Source: Naegleria gruberi
Lineage: Eukaryota
Length of the DNA stretch: 64,000 nt
Assembly (NCBI GenBank): GCA_000004985.1
Contig: GG738865.1
Reading direction: 5' to 3' (one strand)
Shown: positions 53,101 through 64,000 of the stretch, piece after piece
Layout: the number at the start of each line of letters is the position of its first letter
How positions within the stretch are numbered: position 1 is the stretch's first letter
Position numbers and translations under genes: made by a program
Notes under the pieces: model-generated
What the model was told of the DNA's origin: nothing
Database searches by the model: none
Seen by the model: the letters and a program-made list of their open reading frames with translations, nothing else

Positions 53101-53479
53101 TATATCTACAAAGTGAGTCTTGAATAGAGGCAGTGAGAGCATGTCCAATGTGAAGACTTCCTGTCACATTAGGAGGTGGAAGTAAAATTGTATATTGTGG
53201 TTTTGTTGTTGAATCCTCTCCTTTGAATAATCCTTTTTCTTCCCACCATGAATACCAATCCTGTTCGACACGAGATGGATCAAATGATGAAGTGAGGATT
53301 CTATTCAATTTTGTTGTTGATGATTCCTCCGAAGAATTGGTTTCATCTTGTATGTTGTTATAGTGAAAATTTCTATATTGTTGTTGATGAACAGAAGAGA
53401 TTCCTAATTGTTTCATCAATCCAAATTTTTTGTTTTGATTATTTGGTGTGGCTTGTTTGATGGTAATCCTCTTTAGCAT
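50162..53479 (-). CDS. VARS: Valyl-tRNA synthetase, class I, 1105 aa, with basic presequence-like N-terminus (possible dual cytosolic/mitochondrial forms)
   Basis: PPPNVTGSLHIGHAL (HIGH), RKMSKSLGNVIDP (KMSKS), editing-domain and anticodon-binding regions, C-terminal coiled coil. Single exon. Confidence 0.9.
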   Translation of the reverse strand: MLKRITIKQATPNNQNKKFGLMKQLGISSVHQQQYRNFHYNNIQDETNSSEESSTTKLNRILTSSFDPSRVEQDWYSWWEEKGLFKGEDSTTKPQYTILLPPPNVTGSLHIGHALTASIQDSLCRYKKMNGYNVLWVPGVDHAGISTQVAVEKKIAKEEGKTRHDLGREEFLKRVWSWKEEYGNRIDNQMKAMGSMTDWSRKVFTMDAQFSSAVLECFVRLARDGLIYRDAKLVNWCPQLNTAISDIEVEYISLKKKTKVMVPSCEEKSFDFGVMHTFKYPVISSPGSTEIIGYINVSTTRLETMLGDTAVAIHPEDERYKNFHNKFILHPFDSKRAVPIICDEKLVNMEIGTGAVKITPAHSFEDFECGKRHGLEFITILNKDGSLNDQVPVEFSGKNRFIVRKLLVDKLKDMELFISEQDHEMELPICSRSKDILEPMLLNQWFVKCDSLAKKALDLVNNNEILIHPSYHKTTWNNWLENIHDWCISRQLWWGHRIPAFKLVGDLSKLEPLMEELRKEKSFIMEYSNKNSSNIENIWIVAHKEEEAISILQKNVPNFSNFVLEQDEDVLDTWFSSGLYPLAAFGWPSRSENVLKDLDYRYPSSVMETGSDILFFWVARMVMLCTYLSDNKEKPFNEIYLHSMVRDKQGRKMSKSLGNVIDPIDMIKGTTFEDLKRGIEKNTNITKQEMKKALQGVQQEFPNGIPQCGTDALRFTLIQYTQQGRQINLDVMRAQSNRHLCNKIWQSARFCLSHFERFNYSVPGNDENLSELLLKSFASLEKSQQVLQNQWILLNLSETIDVTRNSIDNFMFSDGCTSIYQFFIYQFCDNYLEIVKPILHSSNTMTPLIENTLHTLNYCLVTVLKLLHPYMPFITEELYHCCPLNGENNALYAKLSNKNSSYIPTSSILECSYPTSFTADEIGSILEIGSSKQLITEKMDKILQIVQQLRSMKQNLQLPSKSELTAYIFYQGSSTTAFNLSENDIKIIQTLTKFTSIKFITEEESKKHKHTLYLTATAFSTPQGTVMTQLVLPDEFQLEKEIEKWQKKIEQLASVKAKYLKQVHPNLPPEVKQQIEDKLSQNQIETQKAQETCSQLEHLLDNKNQ

Positions 53480-53811
53480 TTTTGTTTGTTGTGATAATTT
53501 TAATGAATAGAGATGAGAAGTGTAAAAAGCTTGATTTCAGAGATGATGAAGATAACAGAGATTGCTAGGTTTGAAGGACTCTTGTTTGAATTGATTAAGG
53601 AAGAGATGCTTTCCTTATTATTATTGCCTAGTATCTTTAACTGTGAACAAGAAATTGAACTGACTTTAAATTGTCAAAAAGTGAAAATACAAAAAAGATA
53701 ATGATTGTTCCAACTAGATTTTTACCAACCAATTAACAACTTGGTTGACTAAACTGATTCTATTTTAAACTGGTTCATTGAATTTTAACATTGTGTTGTA
53801 TGAAAAGAAAA

Positions 53812-53825
53812 TTTTCCCGCCCAAT
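53812..53825. promoter_or_regulatory. TTTTCCCGCCCAAT: E2F-like site (TTTCCCGCC) fused to CCAAT box, 26-39 bp upstream of the dynein heavy chain ATG
   Basis: GC-rich island in AT-rich spacer. Reverse complement of the GGCGGGAAA motif seen at 39657 and 7604. Confidence 0.4.
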
Positions 53826-53850
53826 GGTTGTACAAAATTAATCAAAAAAA

Positions 53851-56800
53851 ATGCCAGAGTTTATTACCACCGATAAACGATTGGATTGGCTCTATGAAAA
53901 AATAGCGGATGCCTTCCATATGGATAAGGAAACAATAGCTTCAGTGGGAAGATCAAAAGAAAATATAGGACTAATACAATCATTCCTTGATGGAAAAGGA
54001 GCAAAGTGTCTCCTTTGGTTCTTCTTCAGTCAGGGAGTGAATGATTTTTCTGATTTTGATGAAACCCTCACATCAAGTTCTTTAAACACCTACTCTAAAT
54101 CACAAACAGTTTTATCGTTCGCAACATCAGGAGAGTCCGATTCCGTAGCTTCACAAAAATCACCTAGAGGAAGTGACGGACCAGCCTTCTTAGTATCAAC
54201 AGATTTTAATGCAAACCCTCTTATTAGTAATGCTATTTGTATTTACTTTGTAAAGGAGGATGAAGCAACACAACTTTCAATGAATAATATAGAAGATATT
54301 GCAATGGGAGTAATATCGGGTAATAAGGGATTGATGAAAGAATTAAAAGATAGATTAGAAACATTATACATTCCTCAACTTTTAAAACAATCGGATTGGG
54401 GAGAACTAAGTAATTCAAGCAATTTAGATTCTAAAGAGGAAATTATGGAATTTTTGGAAAATGTTGACAAGTTTGTGCAGAATGTCAGTGAAGCAAAAAT
54501 TGCTTTGGAATCCAGTATTAGATTGGAAGCTCCAAAGAAGTTCTCAAATTTTGATTCAAAACCAAAATCTTTCCTCAAACAAGCTTTGAACAGGGTTGAT
54601 ATAATATCTTCATTTGAAGAGGCAGTCACAACGTGGATGGGAGACATTGATGCCTTATTGAATGAAGTTACTGCAGTCAGAGAAGAAGACGATGAAAGTG
54701 GTCCTGCTGCAGAGTTAGAATATTGGAAATCGAGAATGGCCAAATTCAACAGTATTACAGACCAATTAAGAAATAAGGTCTGCAAAACAGTTCTAAGTGT
54801 TTTAAAAGCTAAGAAATCGGCAGTGTTAGCTGGGTGGAAAAACATTGATATAAGAATTACAGATGCTGCTAACGAAGCAAAAGACAATGTAAAATACTTG
54901 TATATATTGGAAAAATTCAGTGAACCTCTCTACAAGAGTGATCCAGTTCAAATGATTAACACTCTTCCAGCACTCATTAATGCTATCAAAATGATGCAAA
55001 GGTAAGTTAGCTTTCTTGGAATTCAAATATTAATCTTTTCTAATAACAAATTTCTAAAAAATGTCGCAACACAATTTACCTTCAACAGTATCGCAAGGTA
55101 TTACAACACTTCCGAACGAATGACAGCACTTTTTGTTAAAATAACAAATCAAATGATTATTTGTTGTAAAAAGTACATTGTGAAGGATGGTCGTTTGTGG
55201 GAACAAGACACAGAAAAATTAATAGAAAAATTTAAATCATGCATTGATTTGAATGAAGCCTACCAACACTTTTATAGAAAAACTAAAAGCGAATTACAAA
55301 TGAATCCGTTTGGAAAACAATTTGATTTTAGTGAAAGTGCAATTTTCGGAAAGTTTGACCAATTTTGTTGGAGAATTCAAAAATTAATTGATTTATTTAC
55401 TACATTTAATCAATTTTCATATCTTCAGAAATGCACTATTGAAGGTCTGGATCCAATAATTAAACAATTCATCAAAATAATAACAGTGCTAAAGAGAAAG
55501 AAATATGACTTTTTGGATTATAGAAAATCTGTAAGTAATTAATAATAGCAATTTAATTAGAAATATATTTAAATAATACTAGGTATTTGATACTGATTAT
55601 ATTGAATTCAATAATGATATGACTAAATTGGAATTGGAGTTGGTGACCTTTATTAATAATAGTTTTGCTGAAGCTAGGACAACTAAACACTGTTTGGAAC
55701 TTCTTGAACAATTCAGAAAAGTGCTAAAACAAGACAACTTACAAAGGATTTTGGAGGATAAATTCCGATCGATATTCAGCAACTATTCTAGGGATGTGGA
55801 ACATATTAAAAATGTTTATGAGGAAACCAGCAGAAAACCAAATATTCCAAGAAACGCTCCTCCTGTTGCTGGTAATATTGCGTGGTCCAGACAGCTCATG
55901 AGGAGGTTAGAAGAGCCTATGGACTTATTTAAACAAACTCCTGCAATTTTGGAATATAAGGATTCGAAGAAAACTATCAAGCTTTACAACAAGATTGGAA
56001 AAGCATTACTGAGGTTTGAAGCATTATGGATGGAAAAATTCAATGATGCACTTGAAACTGCTAGAGAAGGTCTCTTGGCTACAGTTTTAGTAGAACAAAA
56101 CAATCAACTATATGTTAATTTTGATGGAGATCTTAAAATGTTAATGACAGAAGTTAAATATCTTCAGCTTATGGATATTGAAATTCCTGAAACAGCAATT
56201 TCTATTTTCAACCAACATGAGAGATTGTTGACTCTTGCTGAAAGACTTAGATTCATGGTCAAGGAATATTATCGAGTTATTTCTCTTCAAGACGATCTGT
56301 ACAAACCAATTTTGAAACCTCTTATTTTATCGTTGGATGAGAAAATCAGTGCTGGGAAATCTGCAATTACTTGGTTATCTGTAAGAATTGATAGATTTAT
56401 TGATGAAGTCATGAAGGCTATCTATTCATTGGAAGATACACTTGAAAAAGTGAACGATATTCTTTCGTATAGATTGAAGGCAAATTGTGATTCTATTATG
56501 AAAACCTTCCTAATTTCCTTCTCCTCGGATGTGAGGTCTATTCAACAATTTTTATCAGACAATGAAAAGTTTGCCAAACAAATGGCTATTGAAATTGATA
56601 TTAAGAATCAAGAAATAGAATCAGCAGCCTCAGACCTTATTGCTATAATTACACACAAATATTCTGAGGAAGAAAAGATGGGAGTAGCTAGAGAGTGTAA
56701 AGTATTCAAGAATCATTTCGAAGAGAGAATGCTTGACTCGGTATCTACTTGCCTTAGAGCATCAGTTAAACATTTGAAAGATAGAATCAGTCAAGACAAG

Positions 56801-59800
56801 AGATACAATGCCAAACCTGTTTTCAATGTTCAATTAGCCTTGTCGATACCTAATATTGTATTGCAACCAAGCTTAGAAGAAATTCAAAAATGTGTTAACA
56901 AGTGTGCCAGAATTATGCTTGAATCCACTCAACACATCTATAGATGGAACCAAGAAAAAGCCAAGGAAAAGAAGAGTATTTTCTCTCAAATTGGTGAAGA
57001 TAAGACTACAATTAAGGGTTTCTTGCAATTGACAGGTGCTATTGCAGGTTTATCAAGCAAACTTAACATATTCATTACTAAATTCCAACAATACGACTTC
57101 CTCTGGAAGCAAGATAGAAATGAAGTAATAACTTCCTTCATTGATGGACAAACAACATTGGATGATAAGAAGATACCACCATCATTGGACGACTTTGAAA
57201 GTAAGATCAAACACTTTTCATTGTTGGAAAAGGAAATTGATGACCTAGAACAATATCACCAAGAAGGATCCCTTTTGGTAGATTTAAAACCAATCAAAAG
57301 TGCTCTTAAAGTTGAAGCTTCCCAATGGAAGTTTGCATACGGTCAAGCACTTAACACAAAGGCAAAAGCTGAAATGGAGGATTTACTTAGCTATATTGAA
57401 GAAACTACAAATAATTTGAAGAGAGATGTTTCTGATATAGAAGGAATTAATGGTGTTATGATTGTTCTCAATCAGTTAAGAGAAAGAGAAAGCACCTTCG
57501 ATTTGGAAATCAAGCCAATTAACGAATCTTATGAAATTTTAAAGTTATATAACATTAAAATTTCTAAAGAAGAACTTGAACAAGTTGAAGATAATGGTAT
57601 TGAATTTAAATGGAAAGCTTTAATTGCACTTTCAAGAGAAGTGATGTCAAAATTCCAAAAGATTGGTCCTGGTTTCAGAAGAGACCTTGAACAAAAGGTT
57701 AAGCAATTCAAGAATGAAGTATCAGATTTTAAAAAACTTTACGAGGAACAAGGACCAATGGAAAAGGGAATTAATCCTAGAGTTGCAAAGGCCAGATTGA
57801 CATCTTTTAAGAGTGCCTTTGACGAAAAGCAAAGAAAATGGAAAACATACACCATGGGTGAACGTCTTTTTAGAATGAAAGAAACTGAATATCCAGAGTT
57901 GGTAAAAATTAGCAAAGAATTAGACTGGCTTTCTGGTCTCTACGATCTTTATACAGAAGTTATTGTTACCGTAAATGGATTTGAAGACATAACATGGAAT
58001 GAATTGGATACAGAGGAAATGACTAATACTCTTAATAGTTTCAATATCAAATGTAAAAATATGCACCCAGCTCTCAGAAAATGGGACGCCTATATTGAAC
58101 TTAAAGATACTATTGAAAACTTCCTCAATACTCTTCCATTATTAGAAAAGTTGAATCAAACATGTGTAACTCAAAGACATTGGAAGCAAATTTCTGAGTT
58201 GTGCAAGAAGACCTTGGACTACAAGAATCCTGAATTTAAAATCAGAGATATTGTCGAAGCCAAGTTGGTAGAACACAAGGATGATATCGAGGAAATTGTG
58301 AATGCAGCCAACAGAGAATTAAACGTAGAGAAAAAGCTCGAAGAAATCAAGGAAGAATGGAAACTTAAAAAGTTTACTTTGGGAGACTTTAAAAATAGAG
58401 GAAAGCTTGTTCTTAAGGATACGCAAGATTTGATGCAGAGTATTGAAGATACTCAATTGGCCCTTTCAACATTATTGGGTGATCTTTATAATGAACCATT
58501 CAAACCAGAAATTCAGCAATGGATGGTAAAGCTTTCAGTCACTCAAAGCGTTGTTGATGATTGGCTTCAAATTCAATCACTCTGGATTTATATGTTCTAT
58601 GTTTTCACAGGAGGTGATATTGGTAGAGAGTTACCACACGTATTTAAAAGATTCCAAAATGTTGATAGGTCATGGGTCAAAATTATGTCTACAGCAGAAT
58701 CAGAACCAAATGTTATCAAACTTTGCTACAATGATGAAATGTTAAGAGATTTACTTCCTCACTTGAAGACACTATTGGAAAAATGTCAAAGAGATCTTTC
58801 AGGTTATTTAGAAAAGAAGAGAATGTTATTCCCAAGATTTTTCTTCCTTTCTGATAAGCAAATTCTAGAAATTTTAGGACAAGGAAGTGATCCTTCATCC
58901 ATTCAAAAGCACTTGCTCAGTATTTTCTCTTCAGTTTCAGAGGTTGAGTTTGATGCCAAGCACAAGAACCAAATTATTGCTCTCAGATCTCCAGAAGGAG
59001 AATATGTACCACTTGTAGAACCTGTTATTTGTGAGGATAACATTGAAGTGTGGTTGAATAGATTAGTAGCAGCAATGCAAGAAACTATTCATGAACTAGC
59101 TAGAAATATGAGTGGAACTCTGTTATCAGATTTGTCTGTTGTTGAGAATAACTCTCTCGGTAGAGATAAACTCACCAAATTTATTGGTGACATTCCTTGT
59201 TCCCAACTTGCATTACTTGGTATTCAATTGTTGTGGACATGGGACAGTGAAATGGCTATTAGAAATTCAAGAGAGAGAAATTCTCTTGCCAATGCCAATA
59301 AGAAATTTACTACAATTTTCAATCACTTGGTTACTTTAACAACCAATCCAAAGTTAACACCTCTCCAAAGAACTAGACTTGAAACACTCATTACAATCCA
59401 TATTCATCAAGTTGAAATCTTCCAAGAACTTGTCAGGAAAAAGATTAAAAATGTCAACGATTTTGAATGGACAAAGAGAACAAGATTCTATTGGAAGCCA
59501 GAGCAAGATAAGTGTGTAATATCAATCACAGATGTAGACTTTGAATATTGTAACGAATATTTGGGTTGCACTGAAAGATTGGTCATTACTCAACTTACAG
59601 ACAGAATTTACATTTCTTGTGCTCAAGCTATGGGAATGTTTCTTGGTGGTGCTCCTGCTGGACCTGCAGGTACAGGAAAAACAGAAACAACCAAGGATAT
59701 GGGTAGAACAATGGGAAAGTATTTCATTACTATCAATTGTTCTGATCAAGGTTCTGTACACTCTATGGGAACTACATTTAAGGGCATTGCTCAAAGTGGT

Positions 59801-62800
59801 GCTTGGTGTGGTTTTGATGAAATCAACAGAGTTAAGTTGGAAGTTTTGAGTGTTGTTGCTGCTCAAATTGCTTGTATTTTTGATGCTATGAGAAACAGAG
59901 CAACAAGATTTACTTTCACTGACGGCTCAGATTTAATTTTAGATCCAACATGTGCTTGCTTTATTACATTCAACCCAGGTTATGCTGGTCGTACGGAGTT
60001 ACCAGAAAATATGAAGGCACTCTTCCGAACTATTGCTGTAGTTCAACCTGACAGAAGAATTATTATGAAAGTTAGATTAGCTGCCTCTGGATTTTCTGAC
60101 AATCAAGGTTTATCCAAGAAGTTCGACATGTTATACAAATTGTGTGAACAACAATTATCCAATCAAAACCATTATGATTTTGGTTTGAGAAATATCTTAT
60201 CCGTTCTGAGAACTTGTGGCGTTTCTCTTAGAGCTGAAACTGAGAAAACTGGTATTGACAATAGATCACCAAGAGAAGAAACCAAAGTCTTAATGAGAGT
60301 CTTACAAGATATGAATAATTCAAAACTAGTAGATGAAGACTCTACTCTATTCAAAGAATTATTGAAAGATTTATTCCCAAATGAGTCTACAGATGAATCT
60401 CCTGACGCAAATATGAATGCAGCCATTGATTCTATCATTGACAAGAATGGCCTGATTAATCACCAACCTTGGAAGCTTAAAATTTTACAATTGTATGAAC
60501 AATACAAGGTAAGACATGGCTTGTGTTGTATGGGACCAAGTGGAAGTGGAAAATCAGCAGCTATTAACATTCTTTGTGAGGCTCTTGGTAAAATTGGAAT
60601 TCAAACAAAGATTAAAAAGATGAATCCAAAGTCTATTACCTCAGAACAAATGTTCGGTACTCTCGATAAGGGAACTAATGATTGGGCTGATGGCGTTTTT
60701 ACTTCCTTATGGAGAGAAACAATGGAAAAGAAGAAGGAATATTCATGGGTATTATTGGATGGTCCAGTTGATACTATCTGGATTGAAAATTTGAACACTG
60801 TTCTTGACGATACTAAATCTTTAACATTAGCTAACGGTGACAGATTGAACATGCCAAAAACTTTAAAGTTGGTATTTGAAGTTGGTAGCTTGGACAATGC
60901 TTCTCCTGCTACTGTCTCAAGAATGGGTATGGTTTACATTGGTTCTTCTATTCTTGGATGGGAGCCTCTTTTCCAATCTTGGATAAAGAAAATCGGCAAA
61001 AGACCTTCTTCTGAGATTGAAAAGTTGAAGTTCCTTTTCAACAAATATGTAAATGATATTTTCCTATTCATTGAAAATGAATGTGCACCATCAATGTCAA
61101 ATGGTAATGCAAACGTTATTTCAACTACTTTGAAGATATTGGATGGTTTGTTCACAAACTTTAACAGAAAAACTTTCCCTGATACTATGATTGAAAGGTT
61201 CTTTATCTTCTCTGTCATTTGGGGTGTAGGAGGTACTTTAGAAACTGCTGATAGAATTAAATTACATACCTTCTTGGAAAAGGAATGTAAGATGAATATT
61301 CCTTCTATGGACTCAAACGATACAATTTATGAGTATACCATAGATGAAAATGGTGATTGGAGAAATTGGAAATTCAATGTGCCTGAATGGACATATCCAA
61401 CAGATTTTGTTCCACTTTTCAATTCCATCTTGATTCCAACTGTGGATAATGTAAGAACAGAATTTTTAATTAATCTTATGGCCAAACAAGAGCACTCTGT
61501 ATTACTTATTGGTTCTAGTGGTACAGCCAAGACTGTTACCATCAAAAAGTATCTTAACGATCTGGATAAGAATAAGTTTAAAAACAAATTTATTTCCTTC
61601 TCTAGTGCTACTACCACTGGTATTGTTCAAAATTCAATCTTCACTTCTCTGGAAAAGAGATTGAGCAATAAGGTATTTGGTCCTCCACTCGGAAGAAAAA
61701 TGTATATTTTCATTGATGATATTAACATGCCAGAAATCAACGAATGGGGTGATCAAATTACAAACGAAATTGTTAGACAAGTTATTGAAGATGGTGGATT
61801 CTACTCTCTTGATTCAAATAATCAATGGTTGAAGATTGTTGACGTACAATTCCTTGCAGCAATGAATCAACCTGGTTTTGGTAAAAATGATATTCCTGAC
61901 AGACTCAAGAGACACTTTGCCATTTTCAATTTGACTGTCCCTTCAACCAAGTCCATCGATCATATCTTTACTACAATTGTTGAAGGTCATTATTGCAAAG
62001 CTAGAAATTTCTTGGATGAAGTTGTTCAATGTGCTTCTACTCTACCAGAGCTCACTAGAAAATTGTGGATCTCAACAAAGGAAAAGATGCTTCCAACTCC
62101 AAGCAAGTTCCACTATGTTTTCAACTTGAGAGATTTGAGTAGAATTTTCCAAGGTTTATTATTGGGTACCAATGAAATTATCAAGGACCATCTCGATTTG
62201 CTTCACTTGTGGAAGCACGAAACTGAAAGAGTTCTTCAAGACAAATTTATTGATGAAGCTGATAGAGAATGGTTCCAAACCACTTCCAAAGGTTTGCTCA
62301 AGGAACATTATAGTGATGATGTATCCAGAGCAATTAAATCCAAGTTGTTTGTTGACTTTTTGAGAAAGGCTGAATACGAAGATGAAAATGTTGGAGGTGA
62401 AGAGTTGGACTATGAAGCCAAGCCAATGAATGATGATCCAAAGGTTTATGAACCAGTTGAAGACTTTGGAATTTTGTTCAATAGATTGGACGAGCTATTA
62501 CTTCACTACAATGAAAAACACAAGAAGGAGCCACTTGATATTGTTCTCTTTGACTTTGCTATTCTTCATATTACAAGAATTTCCAGAATTATTAGAAGTG
62601 AGAGAGGTAACGCACTCTTGGTCGGTGTTGGAGGTAGTGGTAAACAATCATTGACTAAGCTTGCTTCCTTCATTGCAGGATACAAGACATTCAAAATTCA
62701 AGTTACAAAGAATTACCACATTCAAGCTCTATTGGATGACCTTAAGAAATTGTACAAGATTGCTGTGCTTGAATCACCTGTTACTTTTATTTTCACTGAC

Positions 62801-64000
62801 AATGATATCAAGGATGAACAATTTTTGGAATACATTAACATGATGCTTACATCTGGTGATATTCCAGGTTTATTCACAAAAGAAGAAAGAGAAATGATGA
62901 TTGGAGAGTTGCGTCCAATTGCTGTTAAGAGTGATCCTGCATTCTTGGCAACTCCTGAAAATCTTTTCAATTTTTTCATTGATAGAGCGAGAGATAATTT
63001 GCATCTTGTTTTGTGCTTCTCTCCTATTGGTGATCAATTCAGAAATAGAGCAAGAAAATTCCCTGGTATTATTAGTGGATGTACAATCGATTGGTTTGAT
63101 CCATGGCCAAAGGAAGCTCTTAAAGCAACTGCTGACAAGTTTATTGGTGGATATTCATTGGCAACCTCTGAGACCATCAAAAGTGATCTTGTATTATTCA
63201 TGAAGGATTTGCACTATCGTGTCAATGAAATTACAGAGGAATACTTGAACAAATACAGAAGACATACCTATGTTACTCCAAAGACATACCTTTCCTTCTT
63301 GAATAGCTATAGAAAATTATATCAAGACAAGTTGCAACAAATTGAAAGGAAGAGCAACAATATTGCAAAGGGTCTTGAAAAGTTGCAACAAGCTAAAGAA
63401 GATGTCAGAGAGAAGGGTAAAGAACTCGAACAAAAGGAAAGAGATCTTCTAATTGCACAAGCATCTGCACAAGTACTGGTTGATAAAGTTCAAAAAGAAA
63501 CCAAAGCAGCCGAAGAACAAGGAAGAGAAATTCAAAAGAGAAAAGAAAAGCAAGAAAAAGAAGTCAAAGTGGTACAAAAGGAAAGAGATGAAGTTACCAA
63601 AGACTTGAAGAATGCAGAGCCGCATCTTCTTGCTGCCGAAAGAGCTCTTAATAACATTACAAGTGCTTCGTTGAGTAAAATCAAGAAGTATCAAACTCCA
63701 CCTGAGCCAATCATGAGAGTCATGGATACTATTCTTGTTTTGAGAGGTTTGAATATTGAAAAGACTGAAATAGAGGAAAGATCATTAGATCCAAAGAATC
63801 CAAGAAAGATTTTGAAACCTTCATGGAAGTATGCAAAGGAAATGATGAACAATATTAACTTTATGCAAAGCTTACTGAAGTTTGATAAGGATTCAATCTC
63901 TGATGAGCAGGTAGAATTAGTAGCACCATACATGGATGATCCAACACTTACAGTTGACAATGTCAATAATTCATCTGAAGCTGCTGCTAGTTTATGGGAA
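53851..64000 (+). CDS. Axonemal-type dynein heavy chain, partial (N-terminal tail, linker, AAA1-AAA4, start of stalk); at least 3 exons (53851..55001, 55089..55530, 55583..>64000); continues beyond window end
   Basis: N-terminal DHC_N1-type tail (PPVAGNIAWSRQLMRRLEEPM). AAA1 P-loop GGAPAGPAGTGKTETTKDMG (axonemal; cytoplasmic DHC has GGSPFGPAGTGKTESVKAL). AAA2 MGPSGSGKS, AAA3 LLIGSSGTAKT, AAA4 LLVGVGGSGKQS. Frame is open to 64000 (…NVNNSSEAAASLWE). Introns GTAAGT..CAACAG (87 nt) and GTAAGT..ACTAG (52 nt). Confidence 0.9.

Noticed and set aside
1-64000. Prokaryotic interpretation (operons, RBS, rho-independent terminators, phage or defence islands)
   Set aside because: Spliceosomal introns with GTAAGT donors rejoin conserved protein domains. 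The tRNA and 5S genes have Pol III T-run terminators, and the protein families are eukaryotic (dynein, LSm, F-box). The palindrome plus T-run at 2070..2085 is therefore not called a bacterial terminator.

Overview
This 64-kb window is eukaryotic nuclear DNA, not prokaryotic. It is AT-rich and uses the standard genetic code. It carries about 28 protein-coding genes on both strands with short spacers (28 to about 800 bp). Spliceosomal introns are sparse and short (37-302 nt). Donors are GTAAGT, GTATGT, GTTAGT or GTGAGT, and acceptors are YAG. The first 31 kb also hold six tRNA genes (Leu-TAA, Leu-CAA, Gly-GCC, Glu-TTC, Asp-GTC, Gly-CCC) and one dispersed 5S rRNA gene, each followed by a T-run. 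The provided ORF track renders alternative start codons (GTG/TTG) as M and breaks genes at introns. I rejoined exons by hand for nine genes.

Recognisable products are 5-formyl-THF cyclo-ligase, glutathione synthetase, valyl-tRNA synthetase, sphingolipid delta4-desaturase (3 exons), an SDR oxidoreductase, an NDUFB2-like complex I subunit, an LSm protein, and an axonemal-type dynein heavy chain (partial, runs off the window). The dynein has the axonemal AAA1 motif GAPAGPAGTGKTETTKD, so the organism builds cilia or flagella. The overall architecture suggests a compact protist (amoeboflagellate-like) genome, but the species cannot be named from sequence alone.

The window is rich in signalling genes. 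There are two tandem PB1-kinase-TPR paralogs (one with a ZZ finger), a non-RD kinase fused to 13 DUF4116 repeats, an F-box/LRR protein and a degenerate N-myristoylated G-alpha-like protein. There is also a head-to-head pair of ABCG-like half transporters with an extra N-terminal TM-ectodomain-TM module. A roughly 1590-aa protein combines an IQGAP-type CH domain, filamin repeats and a C-terminal CKSGKDRTG 4-phosphatase/SopB-like motif. Two genes look bacterial in type (GyrI-like, flanked by two tRNA-Leu genes; GXWXG/DUF4334) and are horizontal-transfer candidates.

The most coherent candidate for something undescribed is a family of GC-rich E2F-like/CCAAT elements (GGCGGGAA, TTTGGCGCCAA, CCCGCCCAAT). 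They sit 25-60 bp upstream of the ATGs of the dynein heavy chain and two coiled-coil genes. One lies in the ABC-pair bidirectional promoter, and two inside an unusually long (302 nt) desaturase intron. This may mark a co-regulated (cell-cycle or flagellar) regulon. All coordinates and calls come from manual reading; no database searches were run.
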